From: Trichodesmium erythraeum IMS101
Lineage (GTDB): Bacteria > Cyanobacteriota > Cyanobacteriia > Cyanobacteriales > Microcoleaceae
Direction of reading: 5' to 3'
DNA: 32,000 bases
NCBI RefSeq assembly: GCF_000014265.1
Contig: NC_008312.1
Span: 2,850,001 to 2,882,000, forward strand
A program made the position numbers and the translations under genes. The notes under the pieces are model-generated. The model saw only the letters and a program-made list of their open reading frames with translations. It did no database searches and had not been told where the DNA came from. Positions 1 to 7,815 of the stretch are shown piece after piece (within the stretch, counting starts at the first letter, position 1; each line of letters begins with the position of its first letter).

Positions 1-10
1 TCTTCTGACT

Positions 11-36
11 TAGGGATGTTTTATAAAACATCCCTA
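11..36. repeat. Perfect 26-nt palindrome TAGGGATGTTTTATAAAACATCCCTA, founding member of a small dispersed hairpin-repeat family (REP/MITE-like)
   Basis: The 13+13 nt arms are perfectly self-complementary. Related copies (TAGGGA...TCCCTA/TCCTA) lie at 7691-7744, 10465-10491 and 13753-13778, all intergenic. Confidence 0.6.
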
Positions 37-69
37 CCTTATGTAATAAAGATTCTAATCTGCTTGGTA

Positions 70-1176
70 TTATATAGTTTGATTTTTAAGTATACTTCTA
101 GCAATTCTACAATCTTCATATATTTGAGCTTTCAGTAAATCTAGAGAAGCGAATTTTTGTTCAGGTCGCAAAAACTCTATCAAATTTACAGTTAAAGTTT
201 GACCATATAAATCTTGAGACATATCTAATAGGTGAACTTCAACAGTTGGATCTAAACTATTTAATGTAGGGCGGCAACCAACGTTCATTACTCCTAAATA
301 GGGGCTCTCAGCATGAAGTATTTCTTGAGGTTGTTTTTGTCGAGAAAGATAGACTTCCACAGCATAAACCCCAAAACGAGGCAAGAATTTTTGTGCTGCT
401 AGCTGAAGATTTGCTGTAGGAAATCCTAAAGTTCTACCTAGTTGTTGTCCATGCACCACTTCACCAATTAAACTGTAAGGACGACCTAATAAACGATTTG
501 ATTTATCTAGATCTCCTTTTTCTAAAGCTTGACGAATTATAGAACTACTAATACGCTCTCCATTTTCACTATGATATAGAGGTACAGTTGTTACATCTAT
601 ATCATAGTAACCAGCGATCGCCTGCAAATCTTTGGCCTTTCCTGCTCTTTTTTGTCCAAAACAAAAATCACACCCCACGCTTATTTGATGTACTTGTAAG
701 CCTTTTACTAAAATTTCTTCTACAAATTTATTAGGAGTTAGATCGGCCAAATTTCGATCAAATGGCAATAATACTACTTGTTCAACTCCGATATGTTTAA
801 ATATTGCCAATTTTTCTTCTAGTGGAGCTAACAATTTTTTTGGTTTTCCACTAAAAAACTCTTGTGGATGAGGATTAAAAGTAACAACAGTGGAATAAAT
901 TTTTTGCCTTAGGTAATCATCATTTTTTCCCAATTCATTTTCAAAATGCCATGATGATAATTTTGAATCTTGATGCCATAATTTAAGCTTTGTATCTTCA
1001 TCTACTTCTGTAGTTCTTGTCAATTCTGATGGACAAACAGAAAGTAACTTTGATCTACCCTTTAAGTTTAAAATTGGTTCTATTACTTGCCTATGTCCTT
1101 GATGTAAACCATCAAAGTTTCCTAAGGCAACTGCTGTTGGAGTTAGAGCTGTAGCTAAAGAAGAAGTTATCCACAC
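70..1176 (-). CDS. ribF: Bifunctional riboflavin kinase / FMN adenylyltransferase (FAD synthetase)
   Basis: 368-aa ORF with a GTG start. N-terminal nucleotidyltransferase motifs are GNFDGLHQGH and VVTFNPHP. The C-terminal riboflavin-kinase region has GFPTANL, GVYAV and LEFLRPEQKF-type motifs. An extra segment of about 45-50 aa sits between the GH motif and VVTFNPHP. Confidence 0.9.
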   Translation of the reverse strand: MWITSSLATALTPTAVALGNFDGLHQGHRQVIEPILNLKGRSKLLSVCPSELTRTTEVDEDTKLKLWHQDSKLSSWHFENELGKNDDYLRQKIYSTVVTFNPHPQEFFSGKPKKLLAPLEEKLAIFKHIGVEQVVLLPFDRNLADLTPNKFVEEILVKGLQVHQISVGCDFCFGQKRAGKAKDLQAIAGYYDIDVTTVPLYHSENGERISSSIIRQALEKGDLDKSNRLLGRPYSLIGEVVHGQQLGRTLGFPTANLQLAAQKFLPRFGVYAVEVYLSRQKQPQEILHAESPYLGVMNVGCRPTLNSLDPTVEVHLLDMSQDLYGQTLTVNLIEFLRPEQKFASLDLLKAQIYEDCRIARSILKNQTI

Positions 1177-1265
1177 ACTTTATATTTGTATTAATTTACT
1201 CACCTTTTACCAGATCTAATCTGATTTTTTATAAGTTTTTTGTTAGTTTACTTACAAAATTTCAA

Positions 1266-2183
1266 TTAAGCAGAAATTTTAAGTTCTTTTACAACGGTCT
1301 TTACTTCTAAGTTTTCTTCCTGATCATTATCCGGAGGAATTAATTGAATTGACAGACCTTCCCTTGCCATCAAACTATTAGGAAATTTTTCTGCTACTTT
1401 CTCCCCTACATTATCTAAAAAATCATCATTGTGCAAGGGGTCATGGTGAAAAATAACCAATTTTTTGACTTGAGCTGTTTTAGCAATTTTTATAGCTTCC
1501 TGCCAAGTGGAGTGGCCCCAACCTATTTTACTAGACTTTTTCGAGTAATATTCTTCATCTGTATAGGTTGCATCGTAGATTAAAACATCTGCATGACGAG
1601 CCAAAAATAAAACATTTTCATCCAAGCGATCTGGAAAATGTTCTGTGTCAGAAACATAAGCAGCGGAATAACCTTGCCAATTTACACGATATCCCACGGC
1701 TTCTCCTGGATGATTAAGTAAAGCATTTTCTATAAGTACATCATCAATTTTGATTGACCTACCTGTTTCCAGATCAAAAAATTTTAGTTCAGCACCCATA
1801 ATTTGCAGAGGGACCGGAAAATTAGGGTTAAGCATTTGGTCATTAAGTCTTTGTTGAATAGTAGCTCCATTAGGAGCTACTGGTCCATATATGTGGAAAC
1901 GATTATTTTTAACAAAGGCAGGTGCAAAAAAAGGAAAACCTTGAATATGATCCCAGTGTGTATGAGTAAATAACATATGGGCATCTACTGGCATGTGAGA
2001 TATAAGGGACTGACCTAAAACTCGTAGGCCAGTACCACCATCAAAGATGAGGCGATGTCCACCAACTCGCATTTCTAAACAAGGTGTGTTTCCTCCATAT
2101 CTTACCGTTTCTGTACCAGGGCAGGCAATACTGCCTCTGACGCCCCAAAATATAATTGTGAATTGATTTTGTTTAAGCAACAT
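1266..2183 (-). CDS. MBL-fold (metallo-beta-lactamase superfamily) hydrolase
   Basis: Has the HTHWDH zinc-binding motif and further downstream H/D residues (e.g. FHHDP) typical of the fold. The ORF track starts at a TTG (2243), but the ATG at 2183 (MLLKQNQFTIIFWGVRGS...) is the more plausible start. Confidence 0.8.
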   Translation of the reverse strand: MLLKQNQFTIIFWGVRGSIACPGTETVRYGGNTPCLEMRVGGHRLIFDGGTGLRVLGQSLISHMPVDAHMLFTHTHWDHIQGFPFFAPAFVKNNRFHIYGPVAPNGATIQQRLNDQMLNPNFPVPLQIMGAELKFFDLETGRSIKIDDVLIENALLNHPGEAVGYRVNWQGYSAAYVSDTEHFPDRLDENVLFLARHADVLIYDATYTDEEYYSKKSSKIGWGHSTWQEAIKIAKTAQVKKLVIFHHDPLHNDDFLDNVGEKVAEKFPNSLMAREGLSIQLIPPDNDQEENLEVKTVVKELKISA

Positions 2184-2832
2184 GAATTTTATGCCAGAAT
2201 TTATTCCGTTAAACCATAGATGAGTCAAGTTTTTTTTACTCAAATTAAAATGGCTTTGCTTTGGGAATAAATATATAGATTCCTATCATATTATAATTGT
2301 AATCTATAATTTACTATCATTGACATACTCTACGACCTAAAAGTGTTGCTATTCGTAGGTTTCCATAGTTCCTGGGCTAGTTGAAGTTTGATAAGGGTGG
2401 ACATCTTAGGTAACTCTCAATAATTGTCATCTTTTTTTTATTGATTTTTATGATGTGGAATAGTTTAGGTTCACAATGGGAATATTAATATTAGTTGGAA
2501 AGGAAAATAACCTAGAAATAATTATAAAAATATTCTGTCAACAACACTATTTCTCATAACATTAAATCAAATTCAACATGATTTATTAATAATAATAAAT
2601 CCAAAAAGCTATAATTAAGTGATATAATAATTATTTAAGTTTTTATACAGGCTTAGTTGTAAGTTTAACGTGCTAAAATAACTTTTTATTTATCTTTACA
2701 AGAATACTTTATACATATATATTTCTGAATCAACCCCATAGAATTTCCCAATCTGTTAGTGGATCATATGGAGTTTCTTAGCAAGCTGCAAGAGGTAACA
2801 ACAATAGTCAACTAATAAACCAAAGTGTTCAT

Positions 2833-3090
2833 TTGACTGAGCAGCAGAAAACTCTTGCAGAAGCAGCGACAGAAATTCAAAGGCTTCTTAAGCAGCTAGA
2901 AGTTAGCGATCCTAATGCTACTGAAGTTGAGATAGTAGCTTATGTTAATGATGAGACGACTCCCAGTCTTAAACGTCGAGCTGTTGCTGCCTTGAAATCT
3001 GGTAGTGAGGCTGCAATTGAAGAGTTTTTGGACAATCCTTATATTAATGTGGGGAAAGCTATTGTTAAAAGTTGGATTAAACCTGAATAA
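2833..3090 (+). CDS. Small (85 aa) helical hypothetical protein of a type common in filamentous cyanobacteria
   Basis: Clean ORF with a TTG start and alanine/glutamate-rich, helix-like composition (LAEAATEIQRLLKQLE...). From memory it resembles small proteins often found beside conflict-system or pentapeptide genes in Nostocales and Oscillatoriales. No function is assignable. Confidence 0.5.
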   Translation: MTEQQKTLAEAATEIQRLLKQLEVSDPNATEVEIVAYVNDETTPSLKRRAVAALKSGSEAAIEEFLDNPYINVGKAIVKSWIKPE

Positions 3091-3325
3091 ATTTCTCAAG
3101 CAGCACTTTACAGGACAACTTATTAAAGTTTTTAATTTAAGAGCTGATTTTTAAACTTATGAAACTCCAAAAAAGGAGGATTTCAAATACATCTAAACGA
3201 AAATTCGACTGAATATGGTAAAAGCTTTTTCGTTTAAAGAAATTAAGTATCTCTAGATTGAGTAAATAAATTAGCTCCAAAGTTTTTTTTCGTAATTTCT
3301 ACTCAGTTAAACAAGTATTGTATTT

Positions 3326-5104
3326 ATGAGCACAGACCCGAACAAGGACCCAACTATTGAGGACCCATGGGGAAAAGATTCTGGAACTGAAAATGGTCTA
3401 GATAATCTAGGTAAGAGTGGTCAAGAGCAAGGCAAAAACCCAGAGGAGCTATCTGATCAAAACCCAACAGAATCTGATGATGGACTTAGAATAGAACAAA
3501 ACGTTAAAGATAATCAAGGGGCTGTTTTCCAATAAACTGCATCAGGCAATAATAACACTCAAGAACAGAGCCAAAATTAGCAAGCTGCTGTGAGCAAAAA
3601 TGCAGGAAGGGAAACTAGAACAACTCAACAAACTACAGATGGTAATAACAACAACCAAAACTATGTTGAAATTTTTGTTCAAAATCAATATTCCCAATAT
3701 AAGGATGAAAAAAAAGATGGCTTTAGCCAGAATTAATCCAATGTAAACCAAGAAGTAATTGATCCAATAAAACCTTTACCTCCAAAGTCAAAAAGTCTTC
3801 CTGATGTCGGAATTGATGATTTATCTGATTATTCCCAGAAATTACAAGAAGACTATTTGGTTGTTGTTACTTGTTCAGATAATAAAACTGCATATTCAGT
3901 TGCCTATAGTTTGACTGAGAAAATTTCAGTCTCAAACAAGAGGTTGTTTACAGGAGGGCTAGGAGCTTCTAAAAAATTAGATTACGCAATAAATATAGAT
4001 AACATTGTTATTAATTCAGCTATTGGAAAAGAGTCAAGCTTGATTCTTGTAGACAGCTATGAAGCACAAACTTTTTTAGATTCTCTGGCTGTAGAATTTT
4101 CTACGGCAGAGCAGATCAAACAACAGTTAAGAAATAGTCAAAGATTTTGCATCTGTATAGCTCAATCAAAAGTATTAAAAAGTACACTAGAAAGGAAACA
4201 GATTAAATCTCTGTCATTCCCGCACTTGGAAGTTCCGTTTGTAGAGTCAAAAGCTACAAATGAAAATATAGACCAACAGATAGGTATCTATGAAAAAGAA
4301 GATGGTGCTGCACTACATGAGAAAGTAGACGTTCTACGCAAGACTGTACTATATGTAGCAAGATTCTTTCAAGGTTTAAGTATCAGTGATTTTGAGCGCA
4401 TTGTTTGTTTTTTACTAGGAGAACAAACAACTCTAATTGAGGAGAAAAATAAAGTTGAAACTCCTGTGAATTCTGACTCAACAGTTTCATTAACAATTAG
4501 AGATATTATCATGCCTAAAGTTTACGTTTTAGAGAATGTGATTAAAAGAATTAGTGAAAATGAAGCTTCTCAAATAAAAAAACAAATAGAAAAATCAGAT
4601 ACCAAAAAGTTGGTGATTATTGATGAAAAAACTCAGACATTTTTTTAGATAGAATTACTTGAACGAGAGACTCCGTTAAATATTCAAGCGAAGAAGTTAA
4701 TTAAGGCGCAAGAGCAGATAACTCAAGATCAAAAGCTGCGTCTAGTTGAAACAAGTATATCTTTAGATGAAATTGAAACTGTTTAAAAAGAACTTGAGCT
4801 ACTCCGTGGACACCTTCAGGATCTAAGTAGTCAGTCTGGCAATGAGAAACGCAAAAATAAATATAGACAACAAGAAAAAGAATTAAAGCAGAAATTATCG
4901 GAACTTTTACAAACTAATAAAGAGAAAGCTCATAAGCTTACATCCCAACAATATTCTTTATTAGCTCCTAGCGTAAATGATGATGATGATGATGATTTTG
5001 ATGCTTTAGTTAATAAAGTAGAACTTGAACTACAAGCAAGTGAAAATACACAGAAAAAATTAACTCGCGACCAAGCTTCGCCTAGTGTTGATAATGATAA
5101 TTAA
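3326..5104 (+). pseudogene. About 590-codon reading frame interrupted by five in-frame stop codons and no frameshift, lying directly upstream of the ZorA-like gene
   Basis: All segments share one frame (start positions congruent to 2 mod 3). Internal stops are TAA 3533, TAG 3578, TAA 3734, TAG 4646 and TAA 4784, and the terminal TAA is at 5102. The last 105 codons (4787-5101) are open but contain no start codon, which argues that they were once part of a longer gene. The N-terminus is disordered and N/Q/D/E-rich, the centre is globular (LVVVTCSDNKTAYSVAYSL...), and the C-terminus is a coiled coil plus a DDDDDD tract. Confidence 0.6.
3857..4648 (+). CDS. Largest uninterrupted piece (263 aa from a TTG) of the interrupted frame; hypothetical protein if expressed independently
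   Basis: ORF track entry. The open frame actually begins at 3737, right after the TAA. I recognise no motif. Confidence 0.3.
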   Translation: MVVVTCSDNKTAYSVAYSLTEKISVSNKRLFTGGLGASKKLDYAINIDNIVINSAIGKESSLILVDSYEAQTFLDSLAVEFSTAEQIKQQLRNSQRFCICIAQSKVLKSTLERKQIKSLSFPHLEVPFVESKATNENIDQQIGIYEKEDGAALHEKVDVLRKTVLYVARFFQGLSISDFERIVCFLLGEQTTLIEEKNKVETPVNSDSTVSLTIRDIIMPKVYVLENVIKRISENEASQIKKQIEKSDTKKLVIIDEKTQTFF

Positions 5105-5132
5105 GTAATTGATATTTAGAGGAGTGTAGTCA

Positions 5133-6557
5133 ATGAAACAAATTTTAAGTAGATATAAAATTGCTAGTTCCTCTCCACAGAATCTAACTAAAAACCCTTT
5201 ATTTTGGCTTAACAGTCAGATAGATTTCATTTTTGTATTATTATTAGCAATATTAATTTTAATTGCCTTTTTTAGATATACATATTCTCAGGGTTCAACT
5301 ATATCAAATGTTTTCAATTTCTTGATCCACTGTTTAGGTATTTGGGGGGTTGTTGTTACTGCTATAGCTATAGCTACAGTAGAAATAAATAGAGCGATCG
5401 CGAATGAAACTAAAGAACAAGGTGAAGATGGTCTCCGAAAAAAAAGAAAAGTAGACCTAAGCAAATTAGAAGAAAATTATTTGCCAGCAAATATAACTGA
5501 ACCTACTTTAGCTATGACTCGCCTTTTTCGTCATGTTTGCAATGAAGCTAAAAACTTGAGGTTTGAGTCAAGTATTAATATTGTTGAGCCATATCGTGAT
5601 GAATCTCTTGACAGTCTTTTTACAATAACAAATATTCAGAAAATTGCCCTAAGAGCAGGAATTTTCGGAACATTTATAGGTTTACTCGAAGCAATAATTC
5701 AACTCAGTCAAATTGGTTCTGAAGTAACTCCCATAGAAGCTATAAAAAACCTTTCAGGAGCTTTATTTATATCATTTAGCACGACAATAGCAGGGTTAGA
5801 AGTTGCAATATTACTTGGATTTTTACTGATGATATTGCGTAAACGTCAAGAGAAATATTTTCGAGACATGGAAAGTTCTGTTGAAGTTATTCTCTTGCTA
5901 GCTCGAAATGCTGATAATGACGATCAATCAAGAATTTTAGGGGAATTAGCAAAAGTTGAAAGCGTTGTAGAGCAGCTAGGAAAAAGGTTTTACGAAAATA
6001 CTCAAGAGATTCAACGTAGTATTAGTGCTGTTCTAGAAAGAATTGGAGAACAAACCAATGAGATACAAAAAGGTATGGAACAAATTAAGCAAACTAAAGT
6101 AGATTTTGATAGATTTATTAATGAAATAAGTGAAGTTCAAAATAACTTTATTGAGGAAGTAAAAGAAATTTACAGTGAACTTTCTCTAAAAAGTTTTAGA
6201 GATGACATAAAAAACGGAATAGTATTTGCCGGGCAAACAATTTCTAGTAAACTTGATGAGACAGAAAATAGTATTCAACAACAGACAGAACACATTGATG
6301 CAGGTATTAATACTTTGTCAGAAACCAATGCCAAATTTGCAGATTTTTTACGACAACTTGACTCGTCTCAAGTCAACTTTATGAGAAATATAGAAAACTC
6401 TCAATATACATTTTCCATGTTAGAAGCCAATGCTAAACTACGAACTACAATTAATCAAGCAATTCAGCGTATGGAAGAAATTACATATACGATGAGGACA
6501 GTCAATAAATCTTTGAATAAACCACTCCTACAAAGAATTAAAAACATATTTAATTAG
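5133..6557 (+). CDS. MotA/TolQ/ExbB-family proton-channel protein with a long C-terminal coiled-coil tail (ZorA-like architecture)
   Basis: ATG preceded by GAGGAG. Four predicted TM helices lie at about aa 31-47, 62-83, 171-191 and 209-235. Family-typical motifs are GIFGTFIGLLEAI (TM3) and ALFISFSTTIAGLEVAILLGF (TM4). A cytoplasmic loop of about 90 aa separates TM2 and TM3, as in MotA. Residues 236-474 are a charged, heptad-like, helix-rich tail (E/K/Q/I-rich). Confidence 0.8.
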   Translation: MKQILSRYKIASSSPQNLTKNPLFWLNSQIDFIFVLLLAILILIAFFRYTYSQGSTISNVFNFLIHCLGIWGVVVTAIAIATVEINRAIANETKEQGEDGLRKKRKVDLSKLEENYLPANITEPTLAMTRLFRHVCNEAKNLRFESSINIVEPYRDESLDSLFTITNIQKIALRAGIFGTFIGLLEAIIQLSQIGSEVTPIEAIKNLSGALFISFSTTIAGLEVAILLGFLLMILRKRQEKYFRDMESSVEVILLLARNADNDDQSRILGELAKVESVVEQLGKRFYENTQEIQRSISAVLERIGEQTNEIQKGMEQIKQTKVDFDRFINEISEVQNNFIEEVKEIYSELSLKSFRDDIKNGIVFAGQTISSKLDETENSIQQQTEHIDAGINTLSETNAKFADFLRQLDSSQVNFMRNIENSQYTFSMLEANAKLRTTINQAIQRMEEITYTMRTVNKSLNKPLLQRIKNIFN

Positions 6558-6588
6558 ATAATAAATTAACCATAAATTAGAATTTTAT

Positions 6589-7356
6589 TTGAGGATGAAA
6601 AAACTTTGGAATTTTGTTAGTAATGAAGAAGATCCTTTCGGTCCAGGAGTCGATTTAATTGTTTCCTTACTTGCTATACTATTAGTAATGTTGGTGATTA
6701 CTGCTGGAGCTTATCAAGATATTAATACTAAATATCAGGAATCAGTAATATCTTTAGAATCTTCAGAAAATAGAGTTAAGCAATTAACAAAATCACTAGA
6801 TTTTGAAAAAGAAAAGAGTTCAGAATTATATAAAAAACTAACTGCTGAAACTTCTGCTAGAATTCCACAATTTCCTCCTAATATTGTTATTACTGCTGCA
6901 GAAGGATATGATTTTCCTTCAGGTAGTGCCGAGCTAACTGATGCTTTAAATAAATATATTCGTAATAAACTTCTTAAAAATATTGAGGAAAATATTCAAA
7001 AATATGACGTTAATACCGTAGTTGTAATTGGTCATACAGATGGACAACCTGTTGCAGATCCTGTCAGTAACCTTGACGGCTTAGTTGAAGAGGTTGCTAG
7101 TGGAAGTAAATCTATAAAAGAATTACAAGAAGGGTCTAATATAGATTTAGGAATTATGAGAGCATTAGCAGTCGTTAGAAAACTTCAAGACATTCAAAAG
7201 TCAGAGGGAAGACTTAAAGGTATTGACCCGTTGAAGGGTTTTCGCGCATATTCTTCGGGTCCATTAACCTTAAAAAATGGAGAATTTGCTCAACCTAATG
7301 AAAACCCTGATCAACAGAGGCGACGTATTGAGATTCGTTTTACTAATTCGGAGTAA
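6589..7356 (+). CDS. MotB/OmpA-like peptidoglycan-binding stator partner (ZorB-like)
   Basis: Starts 32 nt after the preceding gene. The start could be TTG 6589 or ATG 6595. A single N-terminal TM has an Asp at its cytoplasmic edge (GVDLIVSLLAILLVMLVITAG), as in MotB/ExbD/TolR/ZorB. The C-terminal OmpA-family domain reads FPSGSAEL ... VVVIGHTDGQPV ... NLDLGIMRALAV ... RRRIEIRF. Confidence 0.8.
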   Translation: MRMKKLWNFVSNEEDPFGPGVDLIVSLLAILLVMLVITAGAYQDINTKYQESVISLESSENRVKQLTKSLDFEKEKSSELYKKLTAETSARIPQFPPNIVITAAEGYDFPSGSAELTDALNKYIRNKLLKNIEENIQKYDVNTVVVIGHTDGQPVADPVSNLDGLVEEVASGSKSIKELQEGSNIDLGIMRALAVVRKLQDIQKSEGRLKGIDPLKGFRAYSSGPLTLKNGEFAQPNENPDQQRRRIEIRFTNSE

Positions 7357-7690
7357 CAAGCAAGCTATAATTTATACTAACCATGAGCAATATTTTTTAC
7401 TTTTTATTGAGTAGCAGACTCACCCGTAACCCTTTCGTTGGATAGGAAGTAGGGCAGAGAAATAAACATAAGAATAATTAACAGGTTTTTAGCTTTTTAT
7501 TATCAAAAATACTTAGAGATAGAGGCAATAAATTCAATAATATTTCAAGTCATATCAATTATGAAAAAAGAATGTAAAAAATAATTCAAATAACTACAAG
7601 TAATTAAAGCTTGTTGATTAAATATCAAAGCATTAACAGATAAAAATTTAAAGCTTTTTTATCGTCAAAAAAGCCTTCTATTGTTGGGAT

Positions 7691-7744
7691 TAGGGATGTG
7701 TACATTCCCGGTTATTCTTTAGGGATATTGCATATAACTTCCTA
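7691..7744. repeat. Two adjacent imperfect members of the TAGGGA...TCCC(TA) hairpin-repeat family
   Basis: The copies are TAGGGATGTGTACATTCCC (7691-7709) and TAGGGATATTGCATATAACTTCCTA (7720-7744), in the spacer between the convergent ZorB-like and PLD genes. Confidence 0.5.
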
Positions 7745-7815
7745 CCTATCCTCCTATTTCTCTACTCCTTCAAAAGACTGTTTTGGTAATACCTAATTAT
7801 AGTTTTTGATCTAAA

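Noticed and set aside
2896-3099. 67-aa minus-strand ORF overlapping the 85-aa gene.
   Set aside because: It lies entirely antisense to a better-looking ORF and has a low-complexity N/F/S-rich product.
3542-3751. 69-aa very hydrophobic minus-strand ORF (MVYIGLILAKAIFFFILILG...).
   Set aside because: It is antisense to the low-complexity N/Q-rich part of the interrupted plus-strand frame. Its hydrophobicity is the expected artefact of reading A-rich coding DNA backwards, and I see no RBS or motif.
3326-5104. The idea that the five in-frame TAA/TAG codons reflect stop-codon reassignment or programmed readthrough.
   Set aside because: Neighbouring housekeeping genes (ribF, rplT, queC and others) terminate normally at TAA/TAG, and the TnpB pseudogene shows the same nonsense-substitution pattern. 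Simple pseudogenisation is therefore more parsimonious. I kept it as a testable alternative only.
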